Program-made: the position numbers and the translations under genes
The notes under the pieces: generated by a model
What the model was told of the DNA's origin: nothing
Seen by the model: only the letters and a program-made list of their open reading frames with translations
Databases searched by the model: none
In this document: piece by piece, positions 1 to 9,035 of the stretch
Layout of the letters: every line of letters begins with the position of its first letter
Position numbering within the stretch: the first letter of the stretch is position 1
NCBI GenBank assembly: GCA_008369845.1
Contig: MRSU01009509.1
Coordinates: forward strand, 1 to 35,445
Reading direction: 5' to 3'
Length of the DNA: 35,445 nucleotides
Source: Trichomonas gallinae
Lineage: Eukaryota

Positions 1-206
1 TCATACATTAAATATGACTTCTGATGAAAAAAAATAATTAATTCAAATTATCTCCAAAACAAACGTACGGCGAGGAAAGTTGCCGTTAGATATCATATTC
101 CCCTATGCAATATGTATCCAACAGGCATGGTTTCGAGTCGATCTGAAAAGGAGGAGGGAGTTCCCCCCCTTTTTTTTATCTATAGTTTAATTATTGTATA
201 TAAAAA

Positions 207-1109
207 TTAATAAAATGTATCACCATCATAATCCGGCTCATCATCAAAACATGGATCACCATCATAATATTTTCTTGCATTAGTAAATTGTTTTTCTCTT
301 TTATATTTTTGCATTCTTGTGTTAACCTGTTATTTTCTGCATTTAATGTTTCTAGTCTATTTTCAACTTCTGATTTTTGGTCGTTAATTTGCTTAGCTTG
401 GTTTTGCAAGTTTGCAATCTGTTGCCTCATTGAGCTGTTTTCTTGAAGTTTGTCCAAATTCGATTTTTGCTCGTTTTCAATTCCTTTGAGTTTTTCAATT
501 TCTGCTTGCATTGTTTTAAGTTCATCTGCTTTCGGTGATTCTTGGTTTTGCAACTTTAATAACTCTGCTTTTAATGACTCTCGTATCTTGATTGATTCAT
601 TCTCTTTTGCTTTATCTGTCTCTGATTTCAAAACTTCGATTGCACGTTTTAATATAGATATTTCTGTTGTCAAATTTTCTATTTCATTATTTGTTGATAA
701 ATTTGATTTCTCATTATTTGGTGTATTTGATCTCAGTGAGTCAATTTCTCTTTGTAATTTTTCATTTTTCTCTATTTCAAAATTGAGAAGATTTTTATAT
801 TTTTCCATCATATTTTCTGCATCAGCGACTTTTTCGAAGCTTACACGCAATTTTCAAGATACTTATTGAGCTTTGTCGTGAGAGTGAGATCTAGATTATA
901 AAGGATATCTGATATGCTATTGATATATTCTGTTTCACGACATTTTCCAATTATAATTTTGGTTGGATTGAATCATTAATATCGAATTTCATGATTTTGA
1001 CGATTTTTGCTAATTGGTTACCATCAAACTCTTTCGTGAGTGTTTTGTTCATAATAAGTCCTGGAACAAGCTTCGATTTTGCTTCTGGATCAAATTGTTC
1101 ATTAGACAT
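207..1109 (-). pseudogene. Frameshifted coiled-coil protein gene (pseudogene or assembly indels)
   Basis: TCATT initiator precedes ATG 1109 (MSNEQFDPEAKSKLVPG..., stop at 951). Coding-like sequence continues in a second frame (KIIIGKCRETEYINSISDILYNLDL), then in the 850-191 coiled-coil ORF. A more protein-like tail (REKQFTNARKYYDGDPCFDDEPDYDGDTFY*, stop 207) lies in yet another frame. About three frameshifts. Confidence 0.55.
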
Positions 1110-1488
1110 CGAAAATGATGACACTATTCCATCAGGATAAGCGGGAGTTTTTTAAAATCATTTTCATGACAAACAAACATGTGATTCATTATTCCATCAC
1201 TAATCTGATCCTGAATCAACAATAAAAGAAAATAAATTAATTTGGAAAATATGTTTCAAAAATATTTTGAGTTGACATTTTGGATATAGCATATATAGGA
1301 CTGCCAGAATAATATATCAATTTATGAGAGGATAGAATGAAACTGTTAATGAAGGAAAACAATGTATTCTAAGTAAAATGGCAAATTGATAGTATAATCA
1401 ATGATCACAAACGTAAATACAAATGGTTCGATGTTAATCAAACAATAATTTATATGGAATGAATATTATATGATTTTTCAAACAGGTT

Positions 1489-1792
1489 TCATTGGGAAAT
1501 ATCTTTATCTGGATTCATAGGATCGAAATCATCTACACGTTTCTCAGCTGAATCTGGATTTAATGTAACAAATGTAACGTCTTCGCCTCTAATATAGAGA
1601 GACTGATCTGTTTCCTTTCCAATAACCTTTCCATCCTTATCTATATGTTTTCCTGGAAAAATAACTAAATTCATCACTTGATCTCCAGAAAGGAGGGGAC
1701 CAGTGAAAATACTAAGATCTTTAGTCATCACTATTACATCTTCTGTTTGTTAGAATAAAAAGTGAACGTCCAATATAGTTTCCCACAGACAT
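1489..1792 (-). CDS. Sm/LSm-family protein (LSm8-like), 92 aa, two exons: 1792-1768 and 1742-1489
   Basis: Removing a 25-nt intron gives MSVGNYIGQDVIVMTKDLSIFTGPLLSGDQVMNLVI...SLYIRGEDVTFV. This contains an Sm1 motif (NYI..V.V.T.D....G.L...DQ.MNLV) and an Sm2 motif (LYIRG). TCACT initiator lies 9-13 nt upstream of the ATG. Confidence 0.85.
1743..1767 (-). other. 25-nt spliceosomal intron (short trichomonad type)
   Basis: GTTCACTTTTTATTCTAACAAACAG: GT donor, fused branch point/acceptor TCTAAC-AA-ACAG. Removal restores the Sm-fold reading frame. Confidence 0.88.
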
Positions 1793-1800
1793 CTATAATT

Positions 1801-1805
1801 AGTGA
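1801..1805 (-). promoter_or_regulatory. Initiator (Inr) of the LSm gene
   Basis: TCACT immediately upstream of ATG 1792; matches the trichomonad Inr TCAYW. Confidence 0.6.
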
Positions 1806-1816
1806 CTTATAAAAAT

Positions 1817-2091
1817 TTTACACGACAGTTTTTCAAAATATTGAAAAGCTTACATGACAAAAATATAATTTACATGACATTTTCCACATTATTGTATAGT
1901 TTACAAAGCAAATTAATATATTTTTGAAATATTTACATAGCAAAACTTGAAATTTACGTGTCAGCATATTGTAAAGTTTACACAACAAAATATTTAATTT
2001 ACACGACATTTTTTATAGTCTTGAAATATTTACATAACAAAACCCGAAATTTACATGTCATTTTTCATATCATTGATAAATTTACACGTCG
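1817..2091 (+). repeat. Array of 11 TTTACAYGWCA-like motifs filling the divergent promoter
   Basis: Copies start at 1817, 1849, 1869, 1900, 1932, 1953, 1977, 1998, 2029, 2050 and 2081 (spacings 32,20,31,32,21,24,21,31,21,31). Segments 1924-1963 and 2021-2060 are near-duplicates. Confidence 0.85.
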
Positions 2092-2109
2092 TATTTCATT
2101 GACATTTTG

Positions 2110-2114
2110 TCACT
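2110..2114 (+). promoter_or_regulatory. Initiator (Inr) of the acid phosphatase gene
   Basis: TCACT just before ATG 2117. Confidence 0.55.
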
Positions 2115-2116
2115 AT

Positions 2117-3277
2117 ATGTTTTTCTTTATTTCTTTTGTTAAATCATTCGATAACTCATATTGTCAACCTCCTTATCCACCTTATAAACAGAACAGTGAT
2201 GCAGATTTAGTACAAGTTCAAGTTTTAACGCGACATGGAGCAAGAACTCCGTTACATCTTTCAAAAAACTATTCAAACCGTTGGACTTGTAAATATAACG
2301 AAATAAAATCTACAGGAACCGAGTTTTTACAACCATATACAGTTCATATTGCTTATGGAAATTCTTTATACCGCGGAAATTGCGTATTTGGACAGTTATT
2401 ACACACAGGATCCAATGGATTGAAATATTTAGGCAAATACTTGCGTAAAATATATATAGATCAACTCAAATTCATTCCATCACAAATTGACCCAAAAATC
2501 ATCAAATTTCGAACAACACAATCGCATAGAACACTGCATTCACAGATGTCACTGGTATCTGGAATGTTTCCTTTCTCAAATAAAGTAGATCTACATTTGG
2601 CAGATAAAAATTACGACCCATGGCGACGTACGAGCCTCCTCTGTCCAAGGTTCGCTAAGATACAGTCGAAAATACTTGATAACCAGCAATTGAAGAACAA
2701 AACACTTCAAAATAAATTATCACAAGAATTAAATGTAAAATGGGATTCAACAAACGATGTAATGACTTCAGCTTTGTGTAACAACTATAAACTTCCCTCA
2801 AATATTACAATGAAAGATGTTGATGCAGCAATTGAGCTGAAGGCAAAGCAATTGCAATATTTTTATTCGCATTCAGATGTTTATCCACTTTTCTTCTCAT
2901 TCTGCGCATCTGAAATGGTAAATGAGATGATAAAACGTGTAAATGGGAATTCATCACTCAGATTCATTCATTGGTCAGCTCATGATGGAAATATTTTAGG
3001 TTATCTTGGCCTTTTAGGGTTTATTGATAACAAATGGCCTCCATATGGATCATATATTATCACAGAGCTTCTGAAATTCAGAGGAAATGGGATTTTTATT
3101 GTTCAATTTAGATATAACGGAAAATTATTGAAAATACCAAGATTTAATAATGCAAGCTATGTTACTTTAGATAAATATACTAAGTTTCTATCGGAAAGTA
3201 TGCCAAAATACCTTGAAAAGTGTGATTTTAATATCACGAAATTTTCCAATAGCGACTCTTTGTATGTAGCCTACTAA
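2117..3277 (+). CDS. Histidine acid phosphatase (branch 2), probably secreted or lysosomal
   Basis: Catalytic RHGARTP and C-terminal SAHD motifs, then PPYGS..I.EL. Start reassigned from GTG 1958 (inside the repeat array) to ATG 2117, which gives a short hydrophobic leader MFFFISFVKS. Confidence 0.9.
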   Translation: MFFFISFVKSFDNSYCQPPYPPYKQNSDADLVQVQVLTRHGARTPLHLSKNYSNRWTCKYNEIKSTGTEFLQPYTVHIAYGNSLYRGNCVFGQLLHTGSNGLKYLGKYLRKIYIDQLKFIPSQIDPKIIKFRTTQSHRTLHSQMSLVSGMFPFSNKVDLHLADKNYDPWRRTSLLCPRFAKIQSKILDNQQLKNKTLQNKLSQELNVKWDSTNDVMTSALCNNYKLPSNITMKDVDAAIELKAKQLQYFYSHSDVYPLFFSFCASEMVNEMIKRVNGNSSLRFIHWSAHDGNILGYLGLLGFIDNKWPPYGSYIITELLKFRGNGIFIVQFRYNGKLLKIPRFNNASYVTLDKYTKFLSESMPKYLEKCDFNITKFSNSDSLYVAY

Positions 3278-3400
3278 TATACCGCTTCTTTTATATATTC
3301 ATTCCTTGTTTGTATTTGTAAATAGATTTTATAAAATGTTTTGCACATTATATTGAACACAGAAACTATTGTCGAAAACAAGAGAGCGATATAGGGCGTC

Positions 3401-3703
3401 ATGCCACTCTTCGCTATCATCAATACGATTTTCTATTGCTTGTCTGGTTGTTTTAGGTTGTCTGTGATTTTTTATTGCTTGTTTGTGACAAATATTTTTT
3501 TTTATCAAATTGATAATTTGCTGTTTGGAATGATAGATTGGACAGTGCATACTCTAGCTGATGATGTTGTCCCACAAATAATTGTGCCTGATTCCAACGA
3601 AATGTCAATAACAGATGGAATTATGCCCACTGAATCGAAACTGTCAGATTTGAGTGAAAAAAAAAAAGATTTTACAATAATACGAGTGGAAGAGAGATCC
3701 TAA
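3401..3703 (+). CDS. Doubtful 100-aa ORF or gene relic
   Basis: ATG-initiated with a hydrophobic N-half and a coding-like C-half, but no recognisable motif or clear Inr. Confidence 0.2.
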   Translation: MPLFAIINTIFYCLSGCFRLSVIFYCLFVTNIFFYQIDNLLFGMIDWTVHTLADDVVPQIIVPDSNEMSITDGIMPTESKLSDLSEKKKDFTIIRVEERS

Positions 3704-4425
3704 TAGAATTCAAAGACTTTCTAGGTGCTGAGACATTCTCTGAGAAAAATAAATTCCTGCTCTCGTTTTGAATATTGTCAAAATACTTCATACTGTTCCT
3801 GGAATAATAACCATTGATTGTAATTATTTTTATGCATTTCCTATATAGGATCGAATAGAACTAGCTGAATTATAATTATATGTTTGTGCAGATTATAGTC
3901 GTAATTTGGATAATAAATATTTGCCAACACTTTTCATTTTCTTTTTTAATGGATTCGACCCTGTTGGCAGTGCATAATCCATTCCAGCTATGATAGCAAA
4001 CGACACGCTCATCGAAGTCCTCGACCAAGACCAGCTATCAGAGTGCTTGAAGCATATTACTCTGGACGTCAATCAATCACTATATAGATTTTGTGAAAGT
4101 TTGAGTAAATGGATCGATTAGAATCATGTATGCTAAGAATATATTAGGGCTTCATCAAAAAATTCTACGCTGTTTTTATTTCCATAATATCAATTTAAAT
4201 TTTTTCATCATCGATGCATTATTACAAAATAGAAGATTTAGATACGAATGAATGGCGCAATTATCGATGAAATTGGATTTTGATATTTATTGAATAAATT
4301 TATAATAAAAATCGTCTGAACTAAATTATATATAATTATTTACAGTTAAACTCTATTTACGCACGAATTTGTTGAATTTTTCAACATAAATACTAAAATT
4401 CGATAAATTAAATAAACAAAACATT

Positions 4426-5931
4426 CTACTTCTTTGGCTCAGCTGATAGAAGGTCAATCAGTACCTTGCTATGCTCCTGTTTGGCCAGGTCGAGCGCAGT
4501 ATTTCCTTTCTTGTCTGTTGCTTTCAAATCGATGTGCTTGTTCTTTAAAATCGACTTGAGGGCATCATGGTCATTGAAAATAACAGTGTAGTGTAGAATT
4601 GTATGTCCTGAATGGTCTTTGAGGTTAACATCTGTTTTCGGATGTTCTATAAGCATAATGAGAACATCAAGAGCATGAACTTTGATAGCCAGCATAGCCG
4701 GAGTTCTGCCTTTGTCGTCTTGAACGTTAGGATTGATCGTTTTGATATCTAATAAAAATGTTAATATCGGAATGCTTGGCAAAATGGCTGCGATGTGCAG
4801 TGGAGTATATCCTTTGCTGTCTTTCGTATTAATATTGTATGTCGGAATCGCAACAATCATTTTGCTAATTTCTGAGATCTCTCCGCCTCTAACGAGTTGA
4901 GAGATTCTTTCTGGAACTTCGTATTTTTCTTTCTTGTACTTATCACGAATTTCTAAAACTGATGAAATCTGTTCTGAATTAAATCCTTCTTTAAGCTGCT
5001 CATTTTCATCGCTCTCACTGATCATTCTGAGAAGAGCATCAACGCCACGTGGGTGGCAGCTTGGAAAAGCAACAACATGCCTTGAAAACAATTTGAATAT
5101 TTTTTCGAAAGAAGGCCTGAGCGACGGATCGTCTGCCCAGCATAAACTTATGAGGGTCGCAAGCTTTTGAACCTGCTTAGGCTGATTTTCGACAGAAGGA
5201 AGTTCTGGACGCAAATGTTTTTCGACGGATTGAAAGATTTGAACGTCAGAATATCCTTTGAATGGGACAACTTCAGTGAACATTTCGTAAAGAATCATTC
5301 CATACGCGTAAACATCTACTGATTTATCATAATTATCAGATTTAATTTGTTCTGGAGCCATCCAGATTGGTGTTCCGACGCATTTTGTCATATATTTTTC
5401 ATTTGCGTCTTCACTAACGAACCTTCCAAGTCCAAAATCAGCGACTTTTGGAAGAACTTTGTCATCAAGCAAAATATTTGGTGATTTCAAGTCTCGATGT
5501 ATGATATTCTTTGCGTGCAGCTTCCTCATGGCGTGCGCAATGCCTAGCGCGATATTTGTTTTTTGAGTACCATTGATTGTGCCAGGATGATTGTGAATCA
5601 TATCCCACAACGAACCACACTGCATATATGATGTTAAAATCGAGTAAGGAGGCTTCGATGTAAAACCAATTAAATCTAATAAAAACGGATCTTTCGCTTT
5701 GATTAAAATTTCGACTTCACGCTTGAAGAATGAAATTTGTTGTTGGTCAAGCTCTTTTGTTATGAGCTCTTTAACAGCTGCATTCCATCCAGTGTATTTA
5801 TTCATTCCTAACCAAACGTTGCCGTAAGTTCCTTTACCGAGCATCCTGCTGAACTGGTAGTCACTTAAGTCTACCTCAAAAGATTTGTATCTGTTTAATT
5901 CTTGAAGCTCGTCTTCGCCTTCTGTAGTCAT
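4426..5931 (-). CDS. TKL-family protein kinase with C-terminal ankyrin repeats
   Basis: GKGTYGNV, AAVK, HRDLKSPNIL, DFG, GTPIWMAPE, W..DP..RP.F. About four ankyrin repeats follow (GYTPLHIAA, GRTPAMLAI, GHTILHYTV, GNTALDLAK). Start is either ATG 5931 (preferred) or 5985. Confidence 0.92.
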   Translation of the reverse strand: MTTEGEDELQELNRYKSFEVDLSDYQFSRMLGKGTYGNVWLGMNKYTGWNAAVKELITKELDQQQISFFKREVEILIKAKDPFLLDLIGFTSKPPYSILTSYMQCGSLWDMIHNHPGTINGTQKTNIALGIAHAMRKLHAKNIIHRDLKSPNILLDDKVLPKVADFGLGRFVSEDANEKYMTKCVGTPIWMAPEQIKSDNYDKSVDVYAYGMILYEMFTEVVPFKGYSDVQIFQSVEKHLRPELPSVENQPKQVQKLATLISLCWADDPSLRPSFEKIFKLFSRHVVAFPSCHPRGVDALLRMISESDENEQLKEGFNSEQISSVLEIRDKYKKEKYEVPERISQLVRGGEISEISKMIVAIPTYNINTKDSKGYTPLHIAAILPSIPILTFLLDIKTINPNVQDDKGRTPAMLAIKVHALDVLIMLIEHPKTDVNLKDHSGHTILHYTVIFNDHDALKSILKNKHIDLKATDKKGNTALDLAKQEHSKVLIDLLSAEPKK

Positions 5932-6432
5932 TATATAATTTTTTTTAAAAGTTGATCTCACATTCTCATTTAAAAAAACATCCATTGACAATATAACATC
6001 GCGATATAATAATTTAAAAAATCAAGTTTTTTTTTTGAAAAATAAAATCGCTATATTTTTAGAATATAAGCATGACTATGCATAAAAATTCTAATTTTCC
6101 AAATAGTTCGCAAAATGTTGCCAATACTAATTGAGCGTATTGGGTAAATCAAGAAATATTGAACATTTACCGATAAATATGATATGGAAATTCGTATTCT
6201 TTGAAAATATTTTGATTTTAATTTTTCCGATCTGAATGAAATTTAAATTGACCTAAAATTAAAAAAATTACCGGAGATATCATATCTTCAATTCCGTTTC
6301 ATGCATTATCTTTCAGAAATATTTTTTTATTATTTGGATGTAAAATTTGTCCTCAAAATTAAATATTTACCGAAAATATAATATTAAAATATCTAAATTT
6401 TAATTAAAAATTACTTTTTTAAGAATTTAAAC

Positions 6433-6571
6433 TTGAAAGATTTACATGTCAAAATTGCTAAAAATAATTTTTCAAAAGTTTACGCGTCAAATTTGACAAA
6501 TATCAATTTTAAAATGTTTACACGTCAAAAATCGATATAAACAAATTTGAAAGATTTACAAGTCAAATTTG
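6433..6571 (+). repeat. Four-copy 38-bp tandem array upstream of RPL39
   Basis: TTTACATGTCA 6441, TTTACGCGTCA 6479, TTTACACGTCA 6517, TTTACAAGTCA 6555. Spacing is exactly 38 bp. Confidence 0.85.
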
Positions 6572-6727
6572 ATGGCCGCACACAAGACCCTCAGAACAAA
6601 GAGAATCCTCTGCAAGGCAATGAAGGTTAACCGCCCAATGCCACAGTTTATCCGCCAGATGACAGGTGTTCGCCATATCCGCAACCCACTCACACGCCAC
6701 TGGCGCAGGAGGAAGATGAACATCTAA
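6572..6727 (+). CDS. RPL39: 60S ribosomal protein L39 (eL39), 51 aa
   Basis: MAAHKTLRTKRILCKAMKVNRPMPQFIRQMTGVRHIRNPLTRHWRRRKMNI. Matches the eL39 signature (HKT...K..L.K..K.NRP.PQ.IR..T.....N...RHWRR.K) and length. Strong C-ending codon bias. Confidence 0.96.
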   Translation: MAAHKTLRTKRILCKAMKVNRPMPQFIRQMTGVRHIRNPLTRHWRRRKMNI

Positions 6728-7028
6728 ACAAGCACATATCACTTCAATTATACAACAAACAATAAAGATATACTGTAAAGTTTAGAGTTTATTACAATTT
6801 ATTCATTCCTTCCTTTCTTCAAAATATTTGAAAATAAATTTTCTAATATAATATGAACTAATATCTTGAAATTCAGCTTAATTTACTTCAAAGCTAGTTA
6901 TATTTTTGATTTTGTTTAAGTATTAACTGATTTTATAAAATATTGACTTATATAGAACAAAGAAATTGAAAAACAACACATTAATCCACATGTATAATCA
7001 TATTAGTAAGAGAAAGCGTCATATTTTA

Positions 7029-7385
7029 ATGACTCAAGTTGCTTTAGTTAATCTTCATTTTAGGACATCAATAGATGACATTTACAGAGCTTTTAGCCCA
7101 TTTGGCGAAATAACTGAATGCAGACTAATGGTTAATGAACGTCAGGAATCAAAAGGCTTTGCTTTCGTAACATACAAAAATCATATGGATGCAACAGCAG
7201 CTATAAATAATATGAACGGCTTTAAAATGGATGGAAATAATATTGTTGTTAGCTTATCATATCAATCAACTAATCGCACAGATAGAACAATTGAAATTCC
7301 AATAAATCAAGATCGAAACAATAGAGAACAACGATATAATGATACTAGGAACAGAGATCCTAGATTTCCAAATACTCGACGCTAA
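7029..7385 (+). CDS. Single-RRM RNA-binding protein with an R/D/N-rich tail, 118 aa
   Basis: RNP1 SKGFAFVTY, F..FGEI, A..AI..MNG. Start set at ATG 7029, after TCATA at 7019. Confidence 0.85.
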   Translation: MTQVALVNLHFRTSIDDIYRAFSPFGEITECRLMVNERQESKGFAFVTYKNHMDATAAINNMNGFKMDGNNIVVSLSYQSTNRTDRTIEIPINQDRNNREQRYNDTRNRDPRFPNTRR

Positions 7386-7622
7386 TTTTTTACGATTTTT
7401 TATTTTGATTTTTGTTTATGCATTCCAAAATCAGCTGAATAATGCGTTTATAAACGATGTTTGATATTACTTTCTAATAAGAAATGCTTTATATTCATAT
7501 TATGAAAACTTCGATTAATAAAAATCCGAATTGCTCAAATAGCATAATCAAAATATAACATTGACAGCCAAGAAAGTTTAAACATATAAATATTTATTAT
7601 AACAAACAAATTTAATAAAATT

Positions 7623-9035
7623 TCATTTTTCGTTGAATTCAAACATAGGAATAGTATAAGTTCCATTGGGCTCGATTGAGGTGTTGGATGCAAAGTTTCC
7701 AGGATTTTCCAATAATAATGTTTCTGCTTTGGAAACAGAGTATCGATAGTATGGAATATTTTGCGAATTTGCTGCTAAATAACCACTTGGTAGGCCTTCA
7801 AAGCCACTTGGAACAAATTCGAAGTATTTTCCTTGATTTGCCCAAAATACAAGGCCAGTTGCTGAACATGATGTTGCAAATATATACTTTGCATGAGAAA
7901 TGGCGTGCATCACTTCAATTTCTGATGTTTCATTAATATTGATAATACGTGGTTTTGATTTTGAGATTTTTTGAGCTATTTCATGCATATTCGTGAAGTT
8001 AATATGAGGATATCCACCTTGCAAAATGATGCAGTCATGCTTTTCGTATCCTTTTTGATTAATTTTTTCTAAAATCTTTTTCTTTAGCAGTGTATTTGCT
8101 TCCCACGATGGTTTCAGGCGCCTTATAGATCCTTCTTCGAGGCAGGAAATGTTTTGATTTACAATTGGGATGATGTTGCCGATTAATTTTGCAAAACTTG
8201 AATTTACAACAGAAAGAGGAGATCCAATCGCAAATATGTTTTGAATCGACTCATTCGCATCCACAAGAGTCATAAGTGGAGCAGCTACGTTATAAATCGT
8301 TTCCCAAGAAAAAGGATCAAAATGTGTGAAAGAAACAATCAAGTGATAACCAGTATAGCTAACATTGTTTTCTATATTATATACTGAGCTTGTTGTCGTA
8401 TTTTGCATTGGAGTTGATAATGATCTAGTTCCAATTTGCGCAAAATCGTTTAAAACAATAAATGGAGCAGGAAGTTTAACCTGGTGTAAGAATGTGTAGA
8501 ATAACGTATTAGAATTAAAGCAAAACCGTGTCAAATCGCATTCTCGATATTTCGCGTCATTTCCTGTACAATGGAATCCAGTGAGTGATTTATTCGATGG
8601 AGTCAAGTCTGTTAGATTTGTTTCATATACCAAAGTTTTGGCTCTGTAAAGTTTTACAGTTGCATTTCGAAAAAATGGATTCACATAATACCAAGTAACA
8701 TTTTTGTTCTGTCTATAGTCATTTATGAGTCTTGTCTGTGATTTGAACACCAAATCACCTTGAATGATGTGTAATTTTGAATGATAATAATGTTCAAAGA
8801 GAGAAACAGGAAATATGAAGTCTATATACATGTTTACTTCAATTAGGTTGTATTCATTAACAGATATTGCAACTTTCTTAATATTTGTTAATTCCGTTCG
8901 ATTTTCAGGTAAATTATTCAGTTCGATTGCATAACTTTTTTCGCAAGCCATTGATGCGACAGTGAGACACAATAATCCGACAAATATATATGTTTTTAAA
9001 GGTAGTTTACCAAGATCTATAACAATTTCATTCAT
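7623..9035 (-). CDS. Type II membrane protein, glycosyltransferase family 61 (DUF563)-like, divergent
   Basis: N-terminal transmembrane segment, C.G.....R.C.L..FC cysteine motif, and C-terminal F.N..EI / S..E....IS.A.YI...S....V.W......FE.VP pattern resembling GT61. Confidence 0.5.
   Translation of the reverse strand: MNEIVIDLGKLPLKTYIFVGLLCLTVASMACEKSYAIELNNLPENRTELTNIKKVAISVNEYNLIEVNMYIDFIFPVSLFEHYYHSKLHIIQGDLVFKSQTRLINDYRQNKNVTWYYVNPFFRNATVKLYRAKTLVYETNLTDLTPSNKSLTGFHCTGNDAKYRECDLTRFCFNSNTLFYTFLHQVKLPAPFIVLNDFAQIGTRSLSTPMQNTTTSSVYNIENNVSYTGYHLIVSFTHFDPFSWETIYNVAAPLMTLVDANESIQNIFAIGSPLSVVNSSFAKLIGNIIPIVNQNISCLEEGSIRRLKPSWEANTLLKKKILEKINQKGYEKHDCIILQGGYPHINFTNMHEIAQKISKSKPRIININETSEIEVMHAISHAKYIFATSCSATGLVFWANQGKYFEFVPSGFEGLPSGYLAANSQNIPYYRYSVSKAETLLLENPGNFASNTSIEPNGTYTIPMFEFNEK

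Noticed and set aside
64..180. RNase P/MRP or U1 identity for the GC-rich island (GAGGAAAGT; ATTGCA)
   Set aside because: No P4 partner strand, no ACTTAC 5' end, and too short.
1115..1208. Possible box C/D snoRNA (ATGATGA...CTGA)
   Set aside because: No terminal stem, and the rRNA-like complement is not adjacent to the D box. It overlaps the initiator of the minus-strand gene.
1817..2091. CRISPR interpretation of the repeat arrays (also 6433-6571 and 14074-14201)
   Set aside because: Repeats are only about 11 bp and degenerate, spacers are short and AT-rich, there are no cas genes, and the context is eukaryotic.
1958..2116. N-terminal extension of the phosphatase ORF from GTG 1958
   Set aside because: Non-ATG start inside the repeat array; Inr and signal peptide point to ATG 2117.
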